A stretch of 64,000 nucleotides of DNA from an uncultured Holophagales bacterium (GTDB taxonomy: Bacteria > Acidobacteriota > Thermoanaerobaculia > Multivoradales > UBA5704): the NCBI GenBank assembly GCA_963842525.1, contig CAWJGT010000014.1, positions 64,001 to 128,000 on the forward strand. The letters are read 5' to 3'. Below the pieces are notes generated by a model, which searched no databases, was not told the origin of the DNA, and was given only the letters and a program-made list of their open reading frames with translations. How positions within the stretch are numbered: the stretch's first letter is position 1; the number at the start of each line of letters is the position of its first letter. A program made the translations under genes and the position numbers. This document shows positions 19,680-54,719 of this stretch, piece after piece.

Positions 19680-20586
19680 TCAGGCGCGGCGGTCGAGGGC
19701 CTCCCGGGCCTTGCGCAGCTCCTGGCGCAGCGGCTCGGGGCCGATGCTGGGGAAATAGTTGCCGAACATCTCGAAGACCACCCCCGCCAGGTTCGGCGTC
19801 CGCGGCAGGGTCTCGTCGAGCATCCGCCATACCTCTTCCGGACAGGGGCCGCTGTGCGCGTCGAGGTACACGCCGTCCACCTCCATGCCGCCGCCGAGGT
19901 GGACCTCGACCACGCGCGTGAGATCCAGCCCGTCCAGGAGCTCCATGGGATCGAACCCGTGATTGCGGGCATTGACATAGACGTTGTGGAGGTCGAGCAG
20001 CAGGCCGCAGCCGGTCCGGGCCGACAGCCGGTTGAGGAACTCCGCCTCGCCCATCTCCTGCTCGGGGATGTCGAAGTAGTAGACGTTGTTCTCCAGCAGG
20101 AAGGGGACCGGCACCTCGGCCTGGACGTGCCCGACCCGCTCGCTGAGCATGTCGAGCACCGCCTCGTCATACGGCACCGGCAGGGTCAGGCCGACGTCGA
20201 CCGAATGGCCCGACGGGCTCTCCAGCCGGATGAACGAGAGGTGGTCGCTGTGCCAGGGGAATCCGTAGCGCCGCTGCCAGGCGGAGATCTGGTCCACGTG
20301 CCCGGTGTTCGAACCGGTCTGCGCTGCCGATCGACAGGCCGACACTGTGGGCCACAATGGGCTTGTGCTCCGCGACCCGGTCGAGAAACGGCTTCGAGTC
20401 CGGGTTCTCGCGATAGCGGCCGGGCGTCCCGGTCCCCTGGTCGGTCCAGAAGATGTCGGGGATGATCTCCAGGAAGTCGAAGCTGTCGAGGTTCTCGAGG
20501 ACGAAGTCGCGCAGCGGTCCCTGGTAGGAAAGGCCCACGCCGAGCTTCGGCAATGCGTCGAGACGGTTGTTGGGGAGGCTGGACAT
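19680..20586 (-). CDS. DUF692 family multinuclear non-heme iron-dependent oxidative enzyme (MNIO); frameshift near 20310
   Basis: LGVGLSY, DFLEIIPD, HSVGLSIGS, WHSDHLSF, FLLENN, GLLLDLHNVYVNARNHGFDP, VEVHLGGG, LDAHSGP, VVFE. Joins ORFs 20167..20634 and 19680..20357. Confidence 0.9.
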
Positions 20587-20604
20587 CAGGCTCCTGGTGT
20601 GGAA

Positions 20605-20628
20605 CGCGCACGCCCGGAGGCGTGCGCG
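20605..20628 (-). promoter_or_regulatory. Stem-loop between precursor genes and MNIO gene
   Basis: CGCGCACGCC-CGGA-GGCGTGCGCG, perfect 10-bp stem without a U-tract. Confidence 0.5.
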
Positions 20629-20643
20629 CATCACGGCCAGTCG

Positions 20644-20799
20644 TCAGTCGAAGAGGGCTTCCTGGAAGCCGCCGTCGCCGATGATCGTCGGATCGACGCC
20701 GGACAGGCAGGTCGGGCAGCTCTCGGTGGGGACCTTCGTCAAGTGCTCGGGGGCGTTGACCTCGGCCTTCTCTTCGACTTCCATGACTCTGTTCTCCAT
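20644..20799 (-). CDS. RiPP precursor peptide 2 (51 aa, CPTC motif)
   Basis: MENRVMEVEEKAEVNAPEHLTKVPTESCPTCLSGVDPTIIGDGGFQEALFD*; RBS AAAGGAGG; paralogue of the adjacent peptide; directly upstream of the MNIO. Confidence 0.85.
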   Translation of the reverse strand: MENRVMEVEEKAEVNAPEHLTKVPTESCPTCLSGVDPTIIGDGGFQEALFD

Positions 20800-20876
20800 C
20801 GGCTCCTCCTTTAGGGGCTCGGGCGTTCTACTTTCTTTAGGTGCGCGGTTGCGATCTTTCCGGGACCAGCCGGTCG

Positions 20877-21032
20877 TCAGTCGACGAGAGCTTCCTGGAA
20901 GCCGCCGTCGCCGATGATCGTCGGATCGATGCCGGACCTGCAGGTCGGGCAGCTCTCGGTGGGGACGATCGCCGCGAGCTCGGGGGTGTTGACCTCCGGC
21001 TTCTCTTCGACGTTCATGACCTTGTTCTCCAT
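20877..21032 (-). CDS. RiPP precursor peptide 1 (51 aa, CPTC motif)
   Basis: MENKVMNVEEKPEVNTPELAAIVPTESCPTCRSGIDPTIIGDGGFQEALVD*; RBS AAAGGAGGT; starts 84 nt after the NRPS stop. Confidence 0.85.
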   Translation of the reverse strand: MENKVMNVEEKPEVNTPELAAIVPTESCPTCRSGIDPTIIGDGGFQEALVD

Positions 21033-21116
21033 GCGAAACCTCCTTTGGCAGGGCTTATGCGCCCTACCCTCTCTAGGTGCACGAAGACGCCCTTTCCGGG
21101 ACCGGCCAGGGCGTTC

Positions 21117-46966
<25,850 letters not shown>

Positions 46967-47226
46967 CCGCGTGGGGTTCCTGACGGGTTGTGCATCTTTC
47001 TCACTCCGAATCAACCTGGGGAGGGCCGACCTCGGGCCTGCAGCGGCCGAAGGGCCGGCAAGACTACCACGACCGGCCTACCCAAGCCCCTTTCTCCTAC
47101 GGTGCCGCGAACCCCTCGGATGGGGGCGCGGTCCATGCTTCTCCAGGAAACGCCGGGGGGATGCGGAGACCCTCAGGCAAGGGTCCGAGGCCAGGCACTG
47201 AGGATGACAGGTGCTATGCTTTCCCT

Positions 47227-48030
47227 ATGATGAAGAGGTCGCAGCAGCCCAGCTCCCAGGGGCCTTTCCGCGCTGATCAGCTTCGTTCCGGCGATCCGTA
47301 CGAGCTGTCCAACGGCCATCCCATTCATTGTCTGCCCACCGGTAGCCGGGGAGGGAAGGCAACGAGCGTCGGAGACGGCGTGCTCGCGAGCGATCCCGCG
47401 GTCCAGGACGTGGGCGTCGACATCGGCTTTGCCCCGTCCCCGGAAATCCTCCGCGCCCCTGATCTCTCCGTCGGCGAGATGCCCGACCAGCCGGGATGGG
47501 TCCAGGGCGCACCTCCCCTGGCAGTCGAGTACGCCGACACCGGCCAGGATGAAGCCGAGCTGCAAACCAAGATCCAGGAGCTCTTTGCCGCCGGCACGCG
47601 CTATGTCTGGGTCGTGCGGCTGACCGGTCCGCGGCGGGCGGAGGTGCACCAGCCGGGCCAGAGAGTGCGCATCGCGAACCCCGGCGAGCAGCTCGAAGCG
47701 CCAGGAATCCTCGCCAATCCTGTGCCGGTGGAGGCCCTCTACGATCGCGAAGCGGCGCGCCGGGTGATCTTCCGCAATCTCCTCCAGCGGCAGGGCTACT
47801 CCAGCCTGGATGAGGTTCGTGCTGAGGGAAAGGCCCATGGACGTGTCGAGGGTGAGATCCAGGGCTTGCGGAAGGCTATCGTTGCGGTTTTCTCTGCCCG
47901 CGGGCTCGCGGTAGACGAGGACCTGAGGACCGCTCTCGCCACCTCTGACGACCCCGCAGTCCTCGAATCCGTCCTCCGCTTGGCGGCCGTCGCCACTACG
48001 GCCGAAATCCTCGCCGCCTTCCGGGCCTGA
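47227..48030 (+). CDS. Uma2/DUF820 family restriction-endonuclease-fold protein
   Basis: YELSNG, LRAPDLSV, APPLAVEYAD, KIQELFAAGTRYVWVV; C-terminal EGKAHGRVEGEIQGLR tail. Confidence 0.8.
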   Translation: MMKRSQQPSSQGPFRADQLRSGDPYELSNGHPIHCLPTGSRGGKATSVGDGVLASDPAVQDVGVDIGFAPSPEILRAPDLSVGEMPDQPGWVQGAPPLAVEYADTGQDEAELQTKIQELFAAGTRYVWVVRLTGPRRAEVHQPGQRVRIANPGEQLEAPGILANPVPVEALYDREAARRVIFRNLLQRQGYSSLDEVRAEGKAHGRVEGEIQGLRKAIVAVFSARGLAVDEDLRTALATSDDPAVLESVLRLAAVATTAEILAAFRA

Positions 48031-48069
48031 GCTCCGCCGAACCATCGCCTGGCACCTCTATGCTGGCCC

Positions 48070-48526
48070 TCAGGAGTTCATGACGAGCAGGGCGTTGTAT
48101 GCCGCGAGCCTATCCAACGGCTCAAAGATGAAGTTGTTTCCACTGAACGGCGGATCCGCAGCAGTGTTGGCAATGATCTGTTGGCGCTCGGGTGTCATCG
48201 CAGCGCGTACCGTCGCATCCTGCGGGTATACATACGTGAGATAGCGCAGGAAGACGCCGGAGCCGCAGCTATAGTCCCAATCCTCCATTGGGCTGATCTT
48301 GTCGGCGTCCTTTTTCTTGGTTTTATCTTTAGTAGACCTGCAGACCGGCCAGTGCCAGGTCCTCCATCGCCGCCGGCCAGGCCTGGGCCAACGTGAGATA
48401 GTCGACGAGGGTGTCGAAGATGTTCCCGTTTGCCCACCAGTTCTTGTTGCCGGAATCTATCCATTGCTGGTAGAGGTCCTTGTAGGCGGAGGCAGCGTCC
48501 TTCAACAGCTTTGCGTCTCGGTTCAT
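48070..48526 (-). pseudogene. Gene remnant, possibly glycoside hydrolase family 76-like, with the middle deleted
   Basis: NWWANGNIFDTLVDY then stops, followed by DYSCGSGVFLRYL; locally lower GC. Family call is tentative. Confidence 0.35.
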
Positions 48527-48633
48527 GGCATCCTCTCCGATGGGGGCTTTGCGAGCCCCGGAATTGCATCTGGTTCTGAGGAGGACGCGGAATCAGTGGA
48601 CGGATCTGGTCATCGGGGAAGGAAGGGTCTGGA

Positions 48634-49644
48634 TCAAATCCTGGGCCCCGCCCCCGCCATCATCCGCAGCACAGCCTGCATCATCGTCGGGTCCTGCAGC
48701 AGGCGCTGGACGGCGGGGTCGGTCATCAGCTCCTCGGGCTTCTTGGTCTTGAAGAGGTCCGAGAGCACGGCGAGCTCGCTGGTGACGGTTCCTCCCGCGA
48801 AGGCGAGCTGGACGGAGAGGGAGGGCTCCAGGGTCTCGACCTCGTGCCACCAGTTGGAAGGGAATGAAGAGCGTGTCTCCCTGCCGCAGGTGGCATTCGA
48901 GGGCTGCGGCCCGGCGGAGCTCCGGGAAGGCCTCGTAGTCCGGATGGTGGATGTCCACCTGGCTCTGCCTCTCGAAGTTGTCGAGCCCCGGGAACTGCTG
49001 GGCCGCGAGGATAGAGGCGGTCGAATTGCGCCGGGATCGAAAAGCCAGACCTGCTTCGAGCCGCGCACCTGGCAGAGGAAGCCGTTCGACAGGTCGTAGT
49101 GCAGCGGCGTCACGCAGCCGGTCGAGCTGATCCAGAGGCGCTGGAAGGGCTCCGCCACGGAGCCGAGGCAGGCCGGCTTCCGCAGGTCGGCGCGCAGGGC
49201 CGGCACGGAATCCAGAAGATAGGACTTGCCATACAGGTAATAGGTCTCGCCCGGGCCCAGGATCGGCGGTGTCGGCGGTAACCGCTCGGCGCCGGCGGCT
49301 GGCACGGCGCGGCGGAGGAATTCGGCGAAGCGCATCTCCACCTTGGCCATCGGCGACGGCTGGGTGACGTAGTCGGGATAAAGGCCGTTGCGCGAGACGA
49401 TGACCTCGCCCGAGCAGTCGCCGGCCACCGCGGCAAGGTAGTCCCACGACCAGCGGTCGACGGCGGGCCAATCCTCCATGACCCCGCTGATGACGACCGG
49501 CCGGTTGGCCTCGACGTATCTCTTGAAGAAGGCGGCGGGCGGCGGATCCTCGATGCGTCCGACCTTCCCCTGCACCGGGAAGGGGACCTCGGAGGAGGCG
49601 CCGCCCTGATTTCGATCGACCTCTCGACGGACTTTCCACGCCAT
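48634..49644 (-). CDS. JmjC/Cupin_8 Fe(II)/2-oxoglutarate-dependent hydroxylase (compensating frameshifts ~48870-49030)
   Basis: NRPVVISGVMEDWPA...WS, LWIS, TPLHYD, QVRGSKQVWLFDP, SQVDIHHPDYEAFP, GDTLFIP, WWHEV. Confidence 0.83.
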   Translation of the reverse strand: MAWKVRREVDRNQGGASSEVPFPVQGKVGRIEDPPPAAFFKRYVEANRPVVISGVMEDWPAVDRWSWDYLAAVAGDCSGEVIVSRNGLYPDYVTQPSPMAKVEMRFAEFLRRAVPAAGAERLPPTPPILGPGETYYLYGKSYLLDSVPALRADLRKPACLGSVAEPFQRLWISSTGCVTPLHYDLSNGFLCQVRGSKQVWLFDPGAIRPPLSSRPSSSRGSTTSRGRARWTSTIRTTRPSRSSAGPQPSNATCGRETRSSFPSNWWHEVETLEPSLSVQLAFAGGTVTSELAVLSDLFKTKKPEELMTDPAVQRLLQDPTMMQAVLRMMAGAGPRI

Positions 49645-49720
49645 GATCGGCTCCTCCAGCGCCGCGTGGATTGTACCCGAGGCCGTCTGCCAGAGCGGCC
49701 TGGCATCAGCGGTGAGGGCC

Positions 49721-51469
49721 CTACCGCCGTCCCAGCGCGTCGACGAACTTGCGCTTCACCTCCTTTTCAGCCGCCGTCACTTGTGCGCCGAGGCGCTGCC
49801 GCGCGGCGGCTTCGGATGCCTCGTCGAGCTGCTGGCGGAGATCCCCGATCTGCTCTTCGCCCGCGGTCAGGAGGTCCACGAGGGCCGCATCGTCCAGCAC
49901 CTGGGCGACGGTCCTCAGCAGGCGCCAGCCCGCCTCGTCCGACAGCTCCACGGTCTCGGCGTGGTCGATCAGCCAGGGCAGCATCTGATCGTCGTGCCAC
50001 CGGCTGACCAGGTAGTAGAGGCCGAGGTCGGCATCCGTCACGTGCTCTGTGCTCAGCAGCGCCTTCGTCAGGCGCTCCCGGTGCTCATCGGTGAGGAATG
50101 CGCCGAAGATCACCAGGTTCCATTCGTTGGGCGTGCCACCGGCGTCGAAGAAATCGGCGAGCACGTCCCGCAAGCCCTGCGCATAGAGGTCCACAGGGCT
50201 CCCGTGCTGCTCGGCCTGCTGCTGCAACTTCCAGGACGCCTCGCCCAGCTCCTCGACGGCTTCTTTGCGGGTCACCGGGTCTTCGGCAGTCGCCACCAGC
50301 CACTCCAGGGTCTCCTCGAGGCGGGCCATGCCGTCCTTGGGGACCTCCGCCAACGCCTCGAGCCGCTCCCGGTAGGCTGCGACCTCCACCTTGTCCAGCT
50401 TTTGAAAGCCGAACATATGATCCGTCACCGTATAGCCGTCGGTGCCCCGGCCGTCCTCTGCGTCCCGGGGATCGAGGAACGCCACCACGTTGTTGCCGGG
50501 CTGCAACCGGCTCTCAGGGTCTTCGTCCGTCCTCTGGGAGTGGTACAGGGAAACCACCCGTTCCCGGGTCTCTCCCTTGAGGACCGACGAGATCACGAGA
50601 TCGGTCCGGACCTCCGACGAGTACTCGTCCTCCTCCGTGATGACCGACTTCTTGACGACGGCAAGGACGACGAGGTTGGCACGGTCATAGACCTTGCGCA
50701 TCGGCGGCGTGTCCATCGCGATGACGCCGGCGGTCACCGTGTCCGGAAGCTCGCCGGCGACGACCCTTTGCCACACGTCGGCCGGCACGGTCAGCCCGAT
50801 CTGCCGCTTCTCTCCGGCCGAGAGCTGGACGTCCTGGAGCCACGCCGCCGCGTGCCCGTCGACCGCCGTCCTGATCTGATAGATCCCGGGCGTCAGGGTG
50901 AAGGAAAACCTGCCCTCGGCGTCCGTCTGTCCAGAGCGCTGCTGGTCGTCGATCTCGCTGTAGACCCAGACCGTGGCACCGGGGACCGGCTCTCCGGCTT
51001 CGTTGGCGAGCCTGCCGCTCAGGACGCTGCCGGTGTCGCCGGCATGGCCGGCACCGGTCCGCTGCGGCTGTTCGCCTCGGAGCCGCCTATCGGCCTCCAG
51101 CTCCGCGGCCGCGACGATGGCATCCTGATCGGTCGCGTCCCCTCTGAGCCCCACACCGAGCCCGAGGACGGCCGTGACCACGGCTGCCACGAGCGGCGAC
51201 GCCCGCCGGGGAGCGAGCGGGTCCACCATCGGAGGCTCCAGGGTGATGAGCCGTCCCCATTCGTCGCGCTTCAGACGGGCGCAGAGGTGGCCCTGGTTGG
51301 CCTCGACCACACCGGCAATCTCGCGCGGCGTGAGCTGCGCAAAGTCGTACACGTGCTTGTCGCACTGAAGGCAATGACGCCTGCGCTCATCGCCGTGCAT
51401 CGCCTCCCACGAGCTGTCGCAAGGAGATGCAACCTGAAGGAGCTGCAGCTTGTCTTTTCTCGTCCTCAT
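49721..51469 (-). CDS. Carboxypeptidase-regulatory-like domain membrane/secreted protein with Cys-rich N-terminus
   Basis: ASPCDSSWEAMHGDERRRHCLQCDKHVYDF...LCAR, one hydrophobic segment, LSGRLANEAGEPVPGATV...TDAEGRF...PGIY, helical C-terminus. Confidence 0.68.
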   Translation of the reverse strand: MRTRKDKLQLLQVASPCDSSWEAMHGDERRRHCLQCDKHVYDFAQLTPREIAGVVEANQGHLCARLKRDEWGRLITLEPPMVDPLAPRRASPLVAAVVTAVLGLGVGLRGDATDQDAIVAAAELEADRRLRGEQPQRTGAGHAGDTGSVLSGRLANEAGEPVPGATVWVYSEIDDQQRSGQTDAEGRFSFTLTPGIYQIRTAVDGHAAAWLQDVQLSAGEKRQIGLTVPADVWQRVVAGELPDTVTAGVIAMDTPPMRKVYDRANLVVLAVVKKSVITEEDEYSSEVRTDLVISSVLKGETRERVVSLYHSQRTDEDPESRLQPGNNVVAFLDPRDAEDGRGTDGYTVTDHMFGFQKLDKVEVAAYRERLEALAEVPKDGMARLEETLEWLVATAEDPVTRKEAVEELGEASWKLQQQAEQHGSPVDLYAQGLRDVLADFFDAGGTPNEWNLVIFGAFLTDEHRERLTKALLSTEHVTDADLGLYYLVSRWHDDQMLPWLIDHAETVELSDEAGWRLLRTVAQVLDDAALVDLLTAGEEQIGDLRQQLDEASEAAARQRLGAQVTAAEKEVKRKFVDALGRR

Positions 51470-51593
51470 GGCGGCTCCTCTCACGGGGCAAGTGCCCCAC
51501 CGTTGATGTCTTAGACACCCGGAGCCGCGTTTTCGATCCTGGCCCTATCGCAGGACTTGGAGGACGTCTGGAAATTCGTACGCGAGCCCTGGC

Positions 51594-51739
51594 CCCTCAC
51601 CCCCGGCCCCCTCTCCCACCCGCACTCACACCCGCCCGGGAGAGGGGAGCCCCCACCCAGGAGCTTCCTGGCTGTGCATTTTCCCCCCTCTCCCGGGGGA
51701 AGGGAGTGCGGGTGGGAGAGGGGGCCAGGGGGTGAGGGC
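51594..51739. repeat. Full palindromic repeat
   Basis: CCCTCACCCCCGGCCCCCTCTCCCACCCGCACTC...GAGTGCGGGTGGGAGAGGGGGCCAGGGGGTGAGGG; nearly identical to 60206-60349. Confidence 0.8.
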
Positions 51740-51740
51740 T

Positions 51741-53906
51741 TCATCCGCCGCCGCACGCCTTCCCCACCCCAAGCTGCCATCTGAAGAAGCCGAGCTCGTC
51801 CACGATCCCGCGGAGCTGCATATCCACCGGTGCTCCCATGCCATGGCCTGCCTCGCGCTCGACCTGGAGGAGGATGGGCTCCGTTGCGGGATCGCTCGCG
51901 GTCGAGGCCTGGAGCAGCGCTGTCATCTTGCGGGCGTGGAGCGGGTGGACCCGCTCGTCCTTCTCTCCCGCGGTGAGGACGACGGCCGGGTACTTCGTCC
52001 CCTTCTTGACATTGTGGTAGGGCGAGTAGCGCCGGAGATATGGAAACTGTTTCGGATCGGCGCTCGATCCATACTCGCTCACCCAGTTGCGCGCGCGCAG
52101 AAAGTGATGGAAACGGAGCATGTCCAGGAGCGGCACGCCGGCGATCACGGCGGAAAAGAGGTCCGGACGCTGCGTGAGCACGGCGCCCGTGAGCAGGCCG
52201 CCGTTCGAGGCTCCGGTGATGCCGAGCCGCTCCGGCCGTGTATAGCCGTTCGCGATCAACCACTCGGCCGCGGCGATGAAATCGTCGAAGACGTTCTGCT
52301 TGCGCTCGAACATCCCGGCCTCGTGCCAGGACTCGCCGTGCTCGCCGCCGCCACGGAGGTTCGGCAGCGCATAGACGCCCCCATCTTCGAACCAGGGGAG
52401 GCGGGCGACATTGAAAAACGGCGTCATGGAGATCGAGAAGCCGCCGTAGCCCTCCAGGATCGTGGGGTTGCAGCCGTGGAGCTTCAATCCCTTTTTGTGG
52501 ACCACGAACATCGTGACCCGGGTGCCGTCCTTGGAGGCGTATTCGACCTGCTTGACCTCCAGGCTCGACGGGTCGAAAGGGGTCTCCTCGCGCCACCAGA
52601 GCTTCCGCTCGCCGGTGCGCAGGTTCACGCGGTAGACGCTCGGCGGCTCGTTGAAGCTGGTATAGAAGAGATATCCCACCGGACTCTCGGGGGTACCAAC
52701 GAGATCCGCCGAGCCGATGCCGGGCAGCGCCAGGGGACCCCGCGGCGTGCCGTCCAGCTCGAACAGCTCGATCCGCGTGCTGGCGTCGTGGAGGTAAGTG
52801 CCGGCCAGGAGGTCGCCCACCTGCCAGATGTAGACCAGGGAGTCCTTACGCTCCGGGATCAGCTCGCGCCAGCGCTCCGGCGACGGGTCCTTGAGGTCCA
52901 CGGCCACGACCCTGCGGTTGAGGGCATTGAGCGTGGTGCTCATGTAGAAGGTGTCGCCCACGATCGGGTCCGTATAGCGATAGACGTCCGGCAGGCCGGC
53001 CTGGGCCTTCTGCCCCACGAGGATTGGGCGGTGCTCGGCTTTGCCGGTCTCCAGCCACTGGCGGAAGTCCATGACCCAGAGGTCGTTCGAATTGCTGCCG
53101 GTCCACTGCCCGAGGACGAGCCAGCGGCCGTCGCGGCTCAGGCGTCCGAACGGACCCCAGGTCGAAGCCGCGGGTCCTTCCTTCGGCTGCTCCAGGAGCA
53201 CGCGGTCCTGTTTGGCATCCGTCCCGACCTTGTGGAAGCGGATGCGGCGCGAGTAGGGGTCCTTCAGGTCTTCGAGGTTGTTGTAGACGAAGCCCGAGCC
53301 GTCGGGCAGCCAGTCCACCTCGCGGACCCTGTTGCGGATCTCGTCCGGCAGCCACTTGCCGGTGCCGGTCTCGACCAGGTGGAGGGTGGCGTTCTCGTCG
53401 CCGGACCGGAAGAGCCCCACCGCGACGAGCCGGCCGTCGTGGCTCGGCTCCCACCAAGCGATCGTGGTGAGGCCGCTCGGGTCGCGGAGGTTGGGATCGA
53501 CCAGGGAGCGTGCCGGGCCCTCGCCCTCCGCCGTCATGAGCACCGCCTGATTCTGCTCAGGGCTTCCCGCCAGGAAGAAAAGCTGTCCGCCACGCACCGT
53601 GGGAGCGGAGCGGAAGGCCGACGAGCCGGTGACGGCCTTGACGCGCGCCTCCAACTCCTTGCGGCCGGGCAGGTTGTCGAGGATGCTGCGAGCATAGGCG
53701 TTCTGCGCGTCGGTCCACGCGCCGACCTTCGCATCGAGCCCGGGATCGGGCTTCGCCATCTCCGGCGCCGCGCTCCCTTCGAGCCAGCGGTAGGGGTCCA
53801 CGACCTCCGTCCCGTGAAAGACATCGCGGACAGGCTTGACCTCGGTGGGCGGAGGGGCGGCGGCGAGGGAGATCACAGCGGCGGCGGTGGCGAGCGTTCG
53901 GCGCAT
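51741..53906 (-). CDS. Prolyl oligopeptidase (S9A), secreted
   Basis: DPYRWLE, SKDGTRV, GYGGF, NLRGGGE, KQNVFDDFI, catalytic GASNGG, DERVHP, AGHG; signal peptide from ATG 53906. Confidence 0.92.
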   Translation of the reverse strand: MRRTLATAAAVISLAAAPPPTEVKPVRDVFHGTEVVDPYRWLEGSAAPEMAKPDPGLDAKVGAWTDAQNAYARSILDNLPGRKELEARVKAVTGSSAFRSAPTVRGGQLFFLAGSPEQNQAVLMTAEGEGPARSLVDPNLRDPSGLTTIAWWEPSHDGRLVAVGLFRSGDENATLHLVETGTGKWLPDEIRNRVREVDWLPDGSGFVYNNLEDLKDPYSRRIRFHKVGTDAKQDRVLLEQPKEGPAASTWGPFGRLSRDGRWLVLGQWTGSNSNDLWVMDFRQWLETGKAEHRPILVGQKAQAGLPDVYRYTDPIVGDTFYMSTTLNALNRRVVAVDLKDPSPERWRELIPERKDSLVYIWQVGDLLAGTYLHDASTRIELFELDGTPRGPLALPGIGSADLVGTPESPVGYLFYTSFNEPPSVYRVNLRTGERKLWWREETPFDPSSLEVKQVEYASKDGTRVTMFVVHKKGLKLHGCNPTILEGYGGFSISMTPFFNVARLPWFEDGGVYALPNLRGGGEHGESWHEAGMFERKQNVFDDFIAAAEWLIANGYTRPERLGITGASNGGLLTGAVLTQRPDLFSAVIAGVPLLDMLRFHHFLRARNWVSEYGSSADPKQFPYLRRYSPYHNVKKGTKYPAVVLTAGEKDERVHPLHARKMTALLQASTASDPATEPILLQVEREAGHGMGAPVDMQLRGIVDELGFFRWQLGVGKACGGG

Positions 53907-54060
53907 ACAGGGTTCCTCCGTCCAGGGCTTGGACCTTCTACGAAGGATAGACGAGAAGAGTTTAGAGGACGTTTCGGGCACATGGAACCGGATTCCCTGT
54001 CCTCCTCTCTAATCCTCACAGAGGCGCCTCTCCACAACGGTCCATCCAGGAGGTGGAGAG

Positions 54061-54460
54061 ATGAACGTTTCCGAGAAGACCGCCGTCCGTAGCGACATCA
54101 ACGTCACTCCCCTGGTCGACGTCTGCCTGGTGCTCCTGATCATCTTCATGGTGGTGACGCCGATGCTCTACAAACAGACCGATGTCCAGCTCCCGAGAAC
54201 ACCCGGACCGGATGAGCTTCCGGGAACAGCAGAAGCTGGTCAAGGTAGCCATCCTGGAGAGCGGCGCCATCCGGGTGAACGGGTTGCCCGTGCCGCGCGA
54301 GCAGCTCACGAGCCTCCTTGCCGAGATGCATTCGCCGGACCGCCCTGTCGTGGTGGAAGGCGACCGGCGCCTCCCCTACGGCGAGGTCCGCGGCATCCTG
54401 GAGCTCATCCAGAGGGCCGGTTTCCGGCAGGTAGGGCTGGTGGCGGAGAGGGAGGGTTAA
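54061..54460 (+). CDS. ExbD/TolR family biopolymer transport protein (frameshift near 54200)
   Basis: SDINVTPLVDVCLVLLIIFMVVTP; C-terminal half EGDRRLPYGEV...AGFRQVGLV in ORF 54182..54460. Confidence 0.83.
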
Positions 54461-54526
54461 ACTCGGCCACCCATCCGGCACCATAGGCGCTCATGTATCG
54501 ATAACCCGCGGCGGTTCCCCCTAACT

Positions 54527-54690
54527 GTAGAGACGCCCCGTGGGGCGTCTCCGCAGCGGCCACACCCTTTCAGAGACCCACCCGGCCCAACGGGCCGGCA
54601 GAACGGAGCCCAGGGCATCCAAGGCCGAAGGCCGATGCCCTGGGTAGAAAAGGCAACCCACCTTTGCGGCCTGAAAGGCCGCGAGAGACA
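54527..54690. repeat. Cluster of REP-like hairpins
   Basis: GTAG-headed GTAGAGACGCCCCGTGGGGCGTCTC (54527-54551); CCCAGGGCATC...GATGCCCTGGG; GGCCTGAAAGGCC. Confidence 0.65.
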
Positions 54691-54719
54691 GGCAGGGTAA
54701 GGTGGAGGGCTCTGCTGGA

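Noticed and set aside
51741-53906. Prolyl oligopeptidase as the dedicated RiPP protease
   Set aside because: It lies 30 kb from the precursors, has a signal peptide while the precursors do not, and belongs to a widespread family; no direct link is visible.
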